A DNA stretch of 64,000 bases. It comes from Minutocellus sp. GHC0000111. Its lineage: Eukaryota. The translations under genes and the position numbers were made by a program. The notes under the pieces were generated by a model. That model saw only the letters and a list, made by a program, of their open reading frames with translations. It ran no database searches and was not told the DNA's origin. Within the stretch, counting starts at the first letter, position 1. Every line of letters begins with the position of its first letter. The stretch is from contig OZ361260.1 of the NCBI GenBank assembly GCA_977018835.1, positions 1 through 64,000 on the forward strand, read 5' to 3'. Positions 24,211 through 35,912 of the stretch are shown piece after piece.

Positions 24211-25708
24211 CTAGGCAGCATTGGCTAGTTCAACGAGGGGTATGTCCAGGGCGGCAAAGAAGAACAGATTCCACGCCTCCTCGATGTCTCCTCGGTTGGT
24301 ACATGGGCTCGGCACCTGCTATAGGAGCGTCAACGTCCGCTGGACGTTGCACAGGGTGAGGACGGACGTGGATCGGGATTGGATGTCTTGCACTTCGCCG
24401 TCGTCGTTGTCTTCGTCATCACCGTTGGTATTGCTGTGAATGTAGGTGAGGAGGGCGGCCGAGTTGTGCAGGCAGGCCGCGGCGCAGAGGAGGGTGAGCT
24501 GCTCCAGGGACGGGCCGACGTGGTGGGACGTTGCCGTTGCCGTGGAGGAGGTGGAGGTGGATGGCGAGGCAGACGATGCCGGAGCGTCTACCGCCATGGT
24601 ACCACCACCGACATCGGCACCACTGGCATGGTCGTGCTGATCACCACTGCCATCGCCACTACTGCTTCTGCTGCTATTAGTAGCATCGGAAAAAAACATC
24701 GCACTCCCCATTCCTGGCCCACCGCTCCATGGCCTCGGCCGCATCGATCTGCCGGACGACGTCGGCCTCCAAGACCTGCAGGGACATGTCGTACAGGGCG
24801 CAGGCCTTGTGGAAGTAGACGACGGCAGAAGCGGTGGCGTCATCATGGGTGTTGTTGGTGGTGGCGTCGTGGGTGGATGCAGATGCAGATTCAGACGCCT
24901 GCAGGCGTCGGAGGCCCAGCATCTGGTGGGAGAGGGCAAAGTTGTACAGGACGATTCCGGAGATGGATTCCGATTTGGGGCGAGGATGGTTGTGATTTGG
25001 AACACCCGAGGTGGTGTGGATGCTGCTGTTGGCAGTAGCAGTGTCGCCAACCCTGACGGGAAGGTTGTACAGGCGACGGGCGAGGTTGGAACTGGCTGCA
25101 TTGGTGTTGGTGTTGTTGCCATTGGCGCTGTTGGCGCTGCTGCCAGCATGATTGTTGTGGTCGACGCGTTGTTGTGTCATGTTGACGACGACCTGCCGGG
25201 CCCTCTCGAGCCTCTGCCGGGCCTGCAATGCCTCGGCGTGAGGGACGTGAGGATGGTTGTTGTTATTGTTGTCACCAGTGCTACTAGCAGTAGACGGCAA
25301 AGAAGGAGTGGCCGTCGAAACGAACGAGCCTGCTGCATCGCCGTCGTAGACCATGTTGCTCCTCGAGTCTGCAGCGTTTCTGCCGTTGGCCATGTTCATC
25401 CTCATGTCGGCCAGAGCTCGTCGCTCGGCCTCGGCCTCAGCCTCGGCCCGGACCGACGTCTGGAGGTGAACGATGGCCGCGCGGCAAATGTCGCGGGGAT
25501 CGAGAATCTGTTCGAGACGAGCGGCGGCATCATCAGCGGAAGTAGGGTTGGAGTGGAAGGAGGAGGAGGAGGAAGACAAGCCCGAAGCCGTCGCCATGTT
25601 AGCAACTTCCAGCATGGCACCGGCCGTGTCGTTCAGCTCGACGGCGCTGGAGAGGGACATCGCCGCCGCCGCCGCCGTCGTCGTGTTGGTGTTGGTGTTG
25701 GTCATCAA
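24211..25708 (-). pseudogene. Diatom helical (TPR-like) family protein disrupted by a frameshift and a nonsense codon
   Basis: VLYNFALSHQ and KACALYDMS motifs. Frame switch in the A7 run near 24690. In-frame TAG at 24319-24321 is followed by QVPSP...EEAWNLFFFAALDIPLVELANAA and the stop at 24211. Confidence 0.6.
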
Positions 25709-26288
25709 AACAAGGAATGTGAGCAGAGCCAGATGTCGTTGCTGCTCATTGCATGCGATCAGAGCTCTAGCTAGGATCGATGGAATGTGTAACTTTACCC
25801 GCAGAGAGAAGGATCATGCGAGAATAATGAAAGTGATGGCAGAGACGTTCCGAAGAGCAAGTTCGAACGATGCCGTTTTTTCAGTTTGTGTGCATGAGGC
25901 TGATGACTGTCTTCGCTTGCTTCACAGACAAGGGGAAACGGGACACGGAGAAACGGGATAATATCATCGCATCGCGGCGTTCTTCGCCGATGGCAACGTG
26001 TGCGGAGCTGAGACAACAGGACGGCGACGTCCTTTTGACTTTTGGTCGTTAACGCGTGCATACATACAAGAGGCCTTTTTAGGCTGACGTGTACTCCACA
26101 ACGGGACAACGGGAATGTGGAGCCGGATGAGTCAGTCGAGTCCATTTGCCTGCTCTACGTACGAGCTCGTCCAAACGCAGCAATTGCCAAACGGGCACAT
26201 AATTTGTAAGCTGTACCAATGGTAAGGCACATGCATGGCTGTGCATGTACGCCGGTGAAGCCCTCTCTGCGTTTGGTACGAAAAGAAG

Positions 26289-27691
26289 ATGCGCGCCCTG
26301 CATGTGGCTTCTTCGACACATATTCCCGCACGCGCGACAGCTCTCTTCACCGCACCATACCTGCCGCTGCTTGTCCTCTTCTTGGCACTATGCGTGAGCA
26401 TCGGTGACGCGTTCATGCATGCCGATACTCGCATGCCGGCAGTATGTCCATCATCATCGCCGGTCTTTGCTGAAAGAAGACGGCGGTCGATTTCAGGTGG
26501 AAGCAACTACGGCAGTGTTTTCATTAGTCCCAGAAGGAATTCCCTGTCACGAGGAACATCCGTCGAATTGAAAGCCACAAACGGAAGCAACAACAACAGC
26601 AACGAGGAAGTCAACGCAATAGTACGTGCCACTCAAGTCATCACCTCCACACCGGCGTCAAAATCCCTCCCCTTTTCGGCCATCATGATGCTGTGCGGTG
26701 CCGCCCTCGGGCCGTTCCTGGACTCGTACCACTCCCTCTTCGGCGTCTTGTCGTACGAGCAGCCCCTCCAGGCCTATCTGTGGGGGTCGGGTTCCTCCTC
26801 CAACCCCGACCTACCCGCCCTGGTCACGGCGTGGTGGGTGCCGGAATTGTTTGGGTTGGCGGGATTTATTATCGGGTGGTTGTACATTGTCCTCGACGAG
26901 GCGTTGGGCACACCTCGGGTCAAGAGAGAACCGTTGTGGCCCCTCATTTTCGTCGGCATCTCCTTCTTTACCCTGCAGTATTGGCTGAGTGGGGTGATGT
27001 ACGCCAACGGCATCGATCGGACTACCATATTGAACGTCATGAGCGTGCTGGCCGCGATGGGATTTGCGGCGCTGGATTTGACCGAGGCGGGGTTCTGGAC
27101 AAGTCTTGCCACGGCCGTCGGTGGGCCGGCCATTGAGTGTGTCCTCATCACTGTTCTGGTCGGACATGGAGGATATCACTACAACGATTTGGGTGAGACG
27201 GGCTTCTTTCCGCTGTGGATACTGCCCGTGTATTTCTTGGGTGGACCTGCCGTCGGTAATCTTGCCAGGGGCTTTTGGCAGGTGCTAACGGATCAAGATA
27301 CTGAAATTGCCAACGCTGGCAATGACGATGATGCTGATGCTTTGAGCAAATCTGACGGACCGCGATGCAACGTTTGCAACGATTCCAGAGCAGTTGGGTG
27401 TCCCAACTGCGATGCACAGGGATACTACATTACCTATGGTCGAAAGGTTAGAAAGAAAAACGGTGATCTTGTTGGTTATTTTATCAAGAAGGTTTGGTGG
27501 AAGTCTGCAAGTCAGTTCTAACATTTATATTCCCCCCCCCCATTCCACTCTATTTCTTCCTTGGAAAGGTGACCTGCCCGGCATGCAAAGGAAGAGGTCT
27601 CGTAATCTGCAGGGATTGCTTTTCGCTGTATGACGAGGATCCTGCGGACATTGAAGCCATTCGCGAAAAGATGCGAAGAATGCCGGATTGA
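26289..27691 (+). CDS. INSIG-like multi-TM protein with a C-terminal DnaJ-type Cys zinc finger; exons 26289-27446, 27569-27691
   Basis: GAALGPFLDSYHS, WWVPELFG and PLWILPVYFLGGPAVGNLAR membrane motifs. CNVC, CPNC, CPACKGRG and CRDC are joined by the phase-0 GT-AG intron 27447-27568. Confidence 0.8.
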
Positions 27692-27716
27692 TTTTAAGCG
27701 GGCATCATGTTTCATT

Positions 27717-28178
27717 TCAACGCATTAGATACGCGAGCACGCCCATGGAGAGTGTGATGGCAAGAGTGGACTGGGACACAGAGTCCATAGCACCGTTGCA
27801 ACGGTTAGAAGTGCAGCAGTACGTCGTTCTAGAGTATTGCTGGGCATCACCAAACGTGGCAACGGTGTCGTTCAGGCAGGAAGCTGCGCACTTTCTATAG
27901 ACGCACCTGCCAAGTCGGCGGTCCCAAATATCAAATCGATACGGATCGACCGTGCCACATTCACCTCGAGAGGTGGTGGATTCCTCCTTGATGCAGTAGC
28001 TATTGCGGTCGACGGGGCAGATTGTTTCTCCATTGGCCGCCGAGGAGCTGTAGCATCTGAGAGCCTCTTGCGGATACTTCTTTTTGGTGGCTGCTGCTCG
28101 AGCTGGAGAGGCGGTGGCAAGCTGCTGCAGCAGGAGCAGAAGAAGTCCGAGGGAGGATCCAATGATAAGACAACGCAT
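27717..28178 (-). CDS. Small secreted, probably GPI-anchored 10-Cys protein of Ly6/uPAR (three-finger) pattern
   Basis: Signal peptide, then LRCY at the domain start and YCCTSNRCN at the end, with 10 Cys. Hydrophobic C-terminal tail. Confidence 0.7.
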   Translation of the reverse strand: MRCLIIGSSLGLLLLLLQQLATASPARAAATKKKYPQEALRCYSSSAANGETICPVDRNSYCIKEESTTSRGECGTVDPYRFDIWDRRLGRCVYRKCAASCLNDTVATFGDAQQYSRTTYCCTSNRCNGAMDSVSQSTLAITLSMGVLAYLMR

Positions 28179-28382
28179 TGTTCTATAAGGATAGGAGAGT
28201 ATCGCGAAATAGAGCACTCGAATAAGACCAACACAATGATCTGGGGGACAGTGATGAGATACCGGTAGATCTAGATTGAAAAGGGGTCTTCGTCGTCGTC
28301 AAGAATTTTCAAACTCCACTGCCCCAGGTCATCGGTACCATGGTACATCCGTTAGATAGAGCGTATCTTCACACATTGCAAC

Positions 28383-29919
28383 ATGAGCCATGTTTTTGAC
28401 ATCATTACATGTAGCCATAACGCAACCATGCTCCTCCCTCTCCCCACCACCATTGCATCGTGCCTGCCAACCATTCAGTGGCCGCTAGGTCCTGGCTCCG
28501 CGCCGCCGATGATGTACGAGCCTCTCGACGCGCTGAAGAACCGCCGTTCGGCCAGCACATCATCATCGTCGTCGTTGTCATCTCCCATCGATGGTGTTCT
28601 CCTTGACGTTGCTGGTAACGTCGCGTCACTGACCCCCAACGGGGCCACGTCCGATGAGCAGCAGGATGCAGCCCTATCTGTGGCACTAGTATTGTTGGGT
28701 CATGGCCTCACCGACGAGTGTCACGACCTGGTCACTCCGCTTTCCTGGGGTGACGACACGCCCTTTGGCGGCCCATCGCTCCGTTCGTCGGCAAGTGCGT
28801 CGGTAATCGCCTCGGCCAGCTATGTGCATTCCCTCGTCCATCGACGCGAGGCCCACAACGTCGGCGAGTACGGCATGGTGGGCTACAGCAACGCCAACTA
28901 ATGGTCCAACGCGGCACACAGCTCCAGCGGTGCCGACACCCTCCCCTATGGCGAGACGAGACGAGCAATATTGGAAGCTTCCGAGCAGTTTGGTCGGGAG
29001 GCAAGGGATTGGTGCCACGAGCGAATTGTGGAAGAGGGCGGCGATGATGCAGAGTATTGGGAATCGAGGGCGTTGCACGAGCTTTGTGCTCAAGTATCTC
29101 AAGAGAGTAGTGATGCTGATCTCCGAGCGTTCGCCGAAACGGTATGTGAGGTTGAGCTTAGAGTACTGCTGAGACACTGCCTGGAGGGAGCAGGATACGA
29201 ATGTTCCGATTGCATTGTCGGCAAACCAAAGGCAAAGCATAATAATACTTCAGTGGATTTAGGTACGTTTTCCATTATAATTGCTTTGCGCACTGGAGAC
29301 CATGGGAGAGCTGTATTGTGAATCTCACCAACATGCTTCGCAACTGGCCTCGCCACCTGCGTCACCTTTCTTGTAAAAAGTAATCCCACAGTGTGCAATT
29401 ATTGATGAAAACACTGCACTTAGAGCCGGGAGCAAGGTATCTTCGGCCCATCTCAATGCATTCCGAAGTAATGGTTCAATAGTAATTCGGAACGTTTTGG
29501 TTTCTGCAATGGATGGAGGAATCAGCCAAGAGGCGGCCGCCTCCGCTTCTGCCGGTATTGCTGCCCGCCTTTTGGATACACCTGCTGTATGTGATGGAAG
29601 TATTACCTCTGCAGCCACCGATGCTGATGATGTGCTATGCATTTTGCTCTCATTGAACGAGAAGGATGCGCACGAAAACTCAGATCTCATTTGTTCAGCT
29701 GTTGGAGGAGGTGGATCCCTTTCTGCAGGTGACATATTTGCCACCACAAGTAATGTTGATGTTCAAAGCAATATCTGCGCGACGTGGAGAAGATATGCGG
29801 CCTGCTCGAAAGATGATTCAGCTGCAGTATTTGTTGATTCCCTTCATGGGAGCAAAGGAGAGACACCAACAACAGTGATTCAGTGGTCGAAAGGCACTGT
29901 GCACTACAAATCGCAGTAG
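28383..29919 (+). pseudogene. Uncharacterised protein with an in-frame TAA; probable intron 29263-29380
   Basis: GYSNAN-TAA-WSNAA continues in the same frame into ORF 28971. The GT-AG intron restores the frame to ORF 29497-29919. Confidence 0.6.
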
Positions 29920-29930
29920 CGAAAACAGAT

Positions 29931-30106
29931 ACTATTTCATTGCTCATTCAAGCTACAAAGCATAGTCAGTCCCTTCTTCGTGGTGGAGCCTACCATCTTC
30001 CAGGGGGTTTGTAAATCCACTATTTCATTGCTTATTCAAGCTACAAAGCATAGTCAGTCCCTTCTTCGTGGTGGAGCCTACCATCTTCCAGGGGGGTTGT
30101 GAATCA
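29931..30106. repeat. Imperfect 88-bp tandem duplication
   Basis: actatttcattgc(t/c)...ccatcttccaggggg at 29931 and at 30019, with a few mismatches. Confidence 0.9.
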
Positions 30107-30669
30107 CACGACTTCGCTGGGAAGCTAGGACGGTTGGCACCTGTCGACCAAAATGTGATCGCTTTGCCGTTGCAGAGTTCATCATCCTTGGCGAAACTAT
30201 TTGGTTCATACCAATATGCGCCATTTTCAGATCCTTCATTTGAGCTCCCTCCGAAGTCAGTCCCTACGTCGAGACAAGAGGGACGTGGCGCAGGCACGGA
30301 AGTTGCCACAACTCCTCTCCCCGCCGTATTGAATCTAGCCGCCTCAATGGCATTCCTTTCGAGCTCTTCTCGTGCCTTTTTTTCCGCGTGCAGCTCCATC
30401 TCAGCCTGCTGGAGATACTGTTTATTCCTTTTGCTTTTTCTTGGTCCTTCTTTCATGATATTGCTGAATGTGGCACTCTGTGCTATGTCATTGGTCGTTG
30501 GACATCTGAAGGTAAGATCGTAGATCTATGGATCCATCTTCCATCCACCTGTGCTTGGGCAATCAAGAAATGCCAGGATTTGTGAAAATTCTGCGTTGCA
30601 CTCATTTATTTATTCCAATTTCTATAACTTTCAAGTATCTATCAGCTGTAGGCGTGACATTGGTACTAG

Positions 30670-31545
30670 CTAGTACGCGTAAAAGAGAACCCCCGTTGTC
30701 GGCTCTGCTTGCATCTGAGAATCGTTCTGAGGTTCTCCCGTTTCTTCTCCTACTTCGAAGAATGCCTCCGCCGCTGATTCGAAAGCTGATGATATTTTGT
30801 ATCGAACCGCCTTTCCCGCCAAGCCTGGCAAAGGCAGACTTACAAGTACTTCGCTATCCGTCACCATGTGGATTCCCCTGTCTGCGGCAGACAACGTACA
30901 TGTAACCTTGCTACAATCGTGCCATCTTCCCTTGGTACGATATTTGGTAATGCATTCGACTGTTGCACTTTTACCATCTCTTGAAATTTCTGTGACTTGT
31001 ACTGTCTCACGGAAGCGAATGCCTTTGTTCTTCATGAACCAAAGGTTGCCAGTATATTCCGTTGTTGTTGAATCCGATGACATTGAATTGCTGTCAGCAT
31101 CTTGTGACTTTCTGCAGTCTAAATTTCCCCCATCGTTGTCAACATCGTTATTGCCAGCCGCTGCAGATAACCGAACAGTACCACTCCGAGCCGCATTGAC
31201 TACACGACGAAGGAAGCGCTGGCGAGTCTGTCGTTTTTGGCAAGCAATGCCACCACCGCCGCCACCACCCCGAGAGATGCTTGCTACCGCGGCCTCTTGG
31301 TGTTTCGATTGGAAATATCGCACGTCTGATGTGTCCTTCAGGGCAACCAATTCGCTAAGAAATGCAACGCTATTCATGGACCTTGCTGCAGATACGACAT
31401 CTTTGTGCTTTCGTTTGCGATTCTTCGTCGTTTGGGATGGTGCTGATGGTATGAACAGTGCCGTTGCTCCATTGGCACTGGGAATGTAGGCGGCAACGGA
31501 TGCAACGAGAAGGAGAAGGAGGAGATTGCAGTTTCGGCACGTCAT
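30670..31545 (-). CDS. Hypothetical protein with a signal/plastid-type presequence
   Basis: Hydrophobic N-terminus, TALF motif, basic transit-like region and a globular C-terminal half. Confidence 0.6.
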   Translation of the reverse strand: MTCRNCNLLLLLLVASVAAYIPSANGATALFIPSAPSQTTKNRKRKHKDVVSAARSMNSVAFLSELVALKDTSDVRYFQSKHQEAAVASISRGGGGGGGIACQKRQTRQRFLRRVVNAARSGTVRLSAAAGNNDVDNDGGNLDCRKSQDADSNSMSSDSTTTEYTGNLWFMKNKGIRFRETVQVTEISRDGKSATVECITKYRTKGRWHDCSKVTCTLSAADRGIHMVTDSEVLVSLPLPGLAGKAVRYKISSAFESAAEAFFEVGEETGEPQNDSQMQAEPTTGVLFYAY

Positions 31546-31769
31546 TACTTATTGCAAGATGTGACGGCAGAAACGAATAAGATTAGAAAGATGGATGTCG
31601 GTTGTTTGGAGATTATTTGGGATATTGTGGGCACCTCGGAAAATGCAACAACTTGGCGTTGGCGTTGAAAGATCTTCACTCCCCTCGATTGAGTTAGATT
31701 TGCGCAGCTAGAGCAGTTTTCGTTCCCGCGCCAGTCACGCCACTCCCGAAAGAATGGTCTAGCCGTCAT

Positions 31770-31969
31770 NNNNNNNNNNNNNNNNNNNNNNNNNNNNNNN
31801 NNNNNNNNNNNNNNNNNNNNNNNNNNNNNNNNNNNNNNNNNNNNNNNNNNNNNNNNNNNNNNNNNNNNNNNNNNNNNNNNNNNNNNNNNNNNNNNNNNNN
31901 NNNNNNNNNNNNNNNNNNNNNNNNNNNNNNNNNNNNNNNNNNNNNNNNNNNNNNNNNNNNNNNNNNNNN
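31770..31969. other. Assembly gap
   Basis: 200 consecutive N. Confidence 1.
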
Positions 31970-32092
31970 CCGCTCTGATAGTACGTAACGGAGAGAACGT
32001 ACGTATGAAAAACGTTCCACGCGTCGGTCAATTTTTCGCGACAAAGCGCGCGGCAAAGCACCTCATTCTTCCAACCCGATAACTGTCCAACC

Positions 32093-33848
32093 ATGAAGCT
32101 CTCTGCCGCCGCCATCCTCTCCCTCGCCGGCCTCGCCTCGGCCGAGGTCTACATCAAGGAACAGTTCGACGACGTGAGTTCATTTGGGTAGGCTCCCACG
32201 AGAAATGGGTCCAACTTTTCAACAACAATCAAGTCCGATTCGCCAGGTCATTTTTTTCAATCCGACTTCCCCGATCGTCCAAGAGGCTCCACGTCGTCAT
32301 TTGCATTTGGTGCGATGATGAAGAGCATTGCGCCAATTCGATGAGAACCATTGATTCGGATAAAGAGTATTGGTGTATCCTCGTTTTCTTCCCTCGACGA
32401 CAGAATTGGACCTCTTTCGATTCTAGAATATCCCAAGTTGAAAATGCCGACGTGGCATTGGAGGGACAGCAACCGTCTGCGCGGGATCGGATTGATCAGG
32501 CCGACGCACAAACTATTTGTTGGAGGAATACTTGACCGATGCCTAGATTGAAGCAAAGGGCGATACTGTATCCCATGCTCGGGCTGGCAGGGCAAGTCTC
32601 GGCTCGGATTTTTGGATGATTTGTGCGATAAAACAATCATCATAATTTCTTCACTCTGATTCATTGCAATTGCTCACCCTCAATTGCTTCTTCCCTTTAC
32701 TTACTGCACCAAACCAAACAGTCCTGGTCCGACCGCTGGGCGGTCTCGACCGACTGGAAGTCCAAGTCCGACATGGGCGAGTGGAAGCACACCGCCGGCG
32801 AGTGGTACGGCGACGAGGCCGACAAGGGCATCCAGACCGGCGAGGACGCTAAGTTCTACGGCATTTCCGCTCCTCTGACCAAGCCCTTCAAGTCTTCGGA
32901 CGGCAAGGACCTCGTCATCCAGTTCACCATCAAGCACGAGCAGAAGATCGACTGCGGCGGCGCCTACATCAAGCTCCTCCCCGGCGGATCCAACTTCTCC
33001 ACCGCCAAGTTCGGCGGCGACACCCCCTACGCCGTCATGTTCGGACCCGACATTTGCGGCTCGTCCAACAAGAAGACCCACGCCATCCTCCACTACGACA
33101 AGAAGGACGACAACCTCCTCATCAAGGACGAGCTCAAGGTGGAGGACGACCAGCTCTCCCACCTCTACACCCTCGTAGACTGGCCCGACAACACCTTCGA
33201 GGTCTTCATCGACAACAAGTCCATCCGCGACGGCAAGCTCGAGGACGAGTTCGACTTCCTCCCCGCCAAGGAGATCAAGGACCCGGACCAGTCCAAGCCC
33301 GACGACTGGGTCGACGAGAAGAAGATCCCCGACCCGGAGGACAAGAAGCCCGACGGTTACGACGACATTGCCGAGGAGATCCCCGACCCCGACGCCACGA
33401 AGCCCGAAGACTGGGACGACGAGGACGACGGAGAGTGGGAGCCGCCCATGATCGACAATCCCGAGTACAAGGGGGAGTGGAAGCCCAAGATGATCGACAA
33501 TCCGGACTACAAGGGACCATGGAAGCATCCCATGATCGCCAACCCCGAATACGCCTACGACGACAGCATGCAAGCCGTGTGCTCCGGAGACGGATGCACC
33601 CACGTCGGCTTCGAGCTGTTGCAGGTCAAGTCGGGTACCATCTTCGACGACATCCTCGTCACCGACAGCCTCGAGGAGGCCCAAAAGTTTGCCGAGGAGA
33701 CCTTCTTCAAGAAGCAGGATGGCGAAAGAAGATGTTCGACGAGATCGAGGAGGCCAAGCGGAAGGAGGAGGAGGCCAACATGCCCGACGACATGGACGAG
33801 GACGAGATGATGGGCATGGACGAGGATGGCTTCGGTGATGAGTTCTAA
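32093..33848 (+). CDS. CALR: Calreticulin; exons 32093-32173 and 32722-33848, with a 1-nt frameshift near 33725
   Basis: Signal MKLSAAAILSLAGLASA-EVYIKEQF. KHEQKIDCGGAYIKL, MFGPDICG and P-domain repeats (KPDDWVD, KPEDWDD, IDNPEYKG). Phase-0 intron 32174-32721. The acidic tail ending GDEF lies in the shifted frame. Confidence 0.95.
32613..32663 (+). ncRNA. Candidate intronic box C/D snoRNA, LSU rRNA guide of the snR47/SNORD36 type
   Basis: aatttcttcact (32644-32655) is complementary to conserved LSU AGUGAAGAAAUU and abuts CUGA (32656-32659). C-like AUGAUUU at 32616. Short tgga/ttca terminal stem. About 60 nt upstream of the 3' splice site. Confidence 0.45.
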
Positions 33849-34190
33849 GCCGATGAATTCGGTTATATACAAATATATGAATAATGTGGTCTGATTTTGT
33901 CAAAAAGAAGTAGTGGCGGATGCGCGTTTATATTTAGTGCATTGGAGGGTGTTCCAGTTGGCCATGCTCCGTCCGATTCTCGATATTTGATGATTGCTTC
34001 GTCCGATCCAATTCCTGACGACCAGAGAAATATAATTTTGATACTTTAGAATAATCCAAAAAGGCTATAATATATATTGATTCTCACTCGGCAGCTAGTC
34101 ATGGCACTTGCGTGTTTCTTTATTCGCCGGTCCCATTGTAGTCTACGGAAACTTTTTTAACCACGCAGGATTCTGCTAATCCCTTTTTGC

Positions 34191-35261
34191 TCAATTGTTA
34201 TTGTTGTCGACCCATCCCTCAAGAAATTCCAAGGCATCTTTCAAAATCTTCTTTTGTGACCCAGCGGCCACGCGTCCCATAAGTGAGCTGGCAAATTGGA
34301 TAGCATTTTGACCGGACGAATCTTGAGCCATCGGGTCTGCCCCAAGCGAAAGAAGGAGCCTAAAGTTGGCTTTCCAGGTCGGGAAGTGAAGCGCATTCTC
34401 TTCAGCCAGAACCATGAGAAAGCAGATCGCAGAATGGACGTACGTCTTTTCATCGTTTTCCACCGTCGTGGAAAATCCTCTCTCAAGGTTGCAGGTGGAG
34501 TGGCTGGCGAGTTTGTGGGAAAAGGCATGAGAATACGGACGTACAAAACAATGCTCCAGCACGGTCGCTTCATAGTAGTCGTCATCATCATGATCTATCG
34601 GAGAGATCAGAGAGCAGACATCAATACCGTCTTTGCTAAGAAGATATAGGAACATATCAAATTCCATATAGTCAACTGTAGTCGCAAGGAGGCAAATGGC
34701 ACTGTTCTCGTAGCCCGGATGAACAATGCCCTGACGATAGGTTGTCCATTCGTTTGCATTGACGTCAATCTTCATTTCCTCGACAAGGTGCTTCAATGGT
34801 TCCAGCAAACCCAACTCGATTCCAACGGCGGGATTGTTGAATGGGACCAAGGGGCTGATTTTGGGGACCATCTTCTCTCCGCCGTCGCTCTTTCGAAATA
34901 CTTTCGATAAACTCTCCATTTGCCCCTTGGTCACAAGCTCCCTCCAGTCGGCGTTGATTTCCATCCACGCAAGATAGCGATCTCGACAGAGTTGCCAATC
35001 ATTGCACCCCTTCCCAACATACTCGGTCAGTGCGTGCTGTAGATAGCTGAAGTTGTTTTGCAGGTACGCATGCCGAATTGCTGTGCAATCCTTGGGGCCA
35101 GCAACGATGCAAATGTTCAACAAGTCCTGGCCCAATGACGCGTAGGAGGCCACACTGCCGAGCAGCTCGGCGCTCAGCCGCGGCTTTTGGCTGCGTGTGA
35201 TCCGGCGAGATACCACGGCTGCAGTAGCGATGCGCCGCTTCTTTGCCGGTGGGGGTGCCAT
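34191..35261 (-). CDS. Ankyrin-repeat-like protein with a basic N-terminal NLS-like segment
   Basis: LKHLVEEMKIDVN, YLLSKDGIDV and LLLSLGADPMAQDSSGQNAIQFA; N-terminal PPAKKRR. Confidence 0.7.
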   Translation of the reverse strand: MAPPPAKKRRIATAAVVSRRITRSQKPRLSAELLGSVASYASLGQDLLNICIVAGPKDCTAIRHAYLQNNFSYLQHALTEYVGKGCNDWQLCRDRYLAWMEINADWRELVTKGQMESLSKVFRKSDGGEKMVPKISPLVPFNNPAVGIELGLLEPLKHLVEEMKIDVNANEWTTYRQGIVHPGYENSAICLLATTVDYMEFDMFLYLLSKDGIDVCSLISPIDHDDDDYYEATVLEHCFVRPYSHAFSHKLASHSTCNLERGFSTTVENDEKTYVHSAICFLMVLAEENALHFPTWKANFRLLLSLGADPMAQDSSGQNAIQFASSLMGRVAAGSQKKILKDALEFLEGWVDNNNN

Positions 35262-35912
35262 CGCTGCCGGCCGGACGTGCCCTTGCTGTTACTGTACCCG
35301 ATAGCCGAGCCCTCTTCGTTTCGCCTCTTTCCCCTTTTTGTCAAAAATAGTCGTCTTTCTACTTTTCCTCCCTTTTTTGATACTTTGAGTCCGCGACCAT
35401 ATTTGCCCGCATACCTCCCAAAATCTCAGTAAGCCGATAACCTTCCGTCTCACTCTCCTGGGTCAGGTACGAGAACGATGGTGCCTTGAGGCTTTCGACG
35501 GCAGTGTATGGCAGGCAGGGCAATGGTCGCGGGATGATATGCGGTGTTATTGCAGAGTGCAGTGCGTCGGTGTCGTCGGTGTTGATAGCAGGACTACGCA
35601 GGCCATCCATCGCGGCGGTATCGTTGACAGTCGGGTTATGAGTCACTTTTATGCAGTGAAAAGCAAGGGGCAAAAGTTACTGGTGCTGCAGGCAGGTGGT
35701 CGGTGGATGTCGGATGGCTCCTGTTCGTCAAGGTTGGGTCAAGAATATGGCTACAATTGAAATGTTTGGGTTATTGCGGTGCGGTGCGGCGCTACCGCTT
35801 CCCTTGAATGGGCATGTATTCTCTCTCACATCTCTGTTTCACACCTCCTCTCCTCCAATCATGACAACAGCACGTATTTTTCCGTAAGTAAATTTGACAA
35901 ATATAACTCAAA

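Noticed and set aside
30025..30640. Small minus-strand gene
   Set aside because: The upstream part is interrupted by stops and no family is recognised.
32701..33903. 400-aa antisense ORF over calreticulin, and similar ones at 35859-36380, 46316-47716, 24809-25774 and 60591-61196
   Set aside because: Shadow ORFs produced by GC-rich codon bias of the real genes on the opposite strand.
33985..34020. UGAUGA...CUGA pair downstream of calreticulin
   Set aside because: Too short, with only about 7 nt of possible rRNA complementarity.
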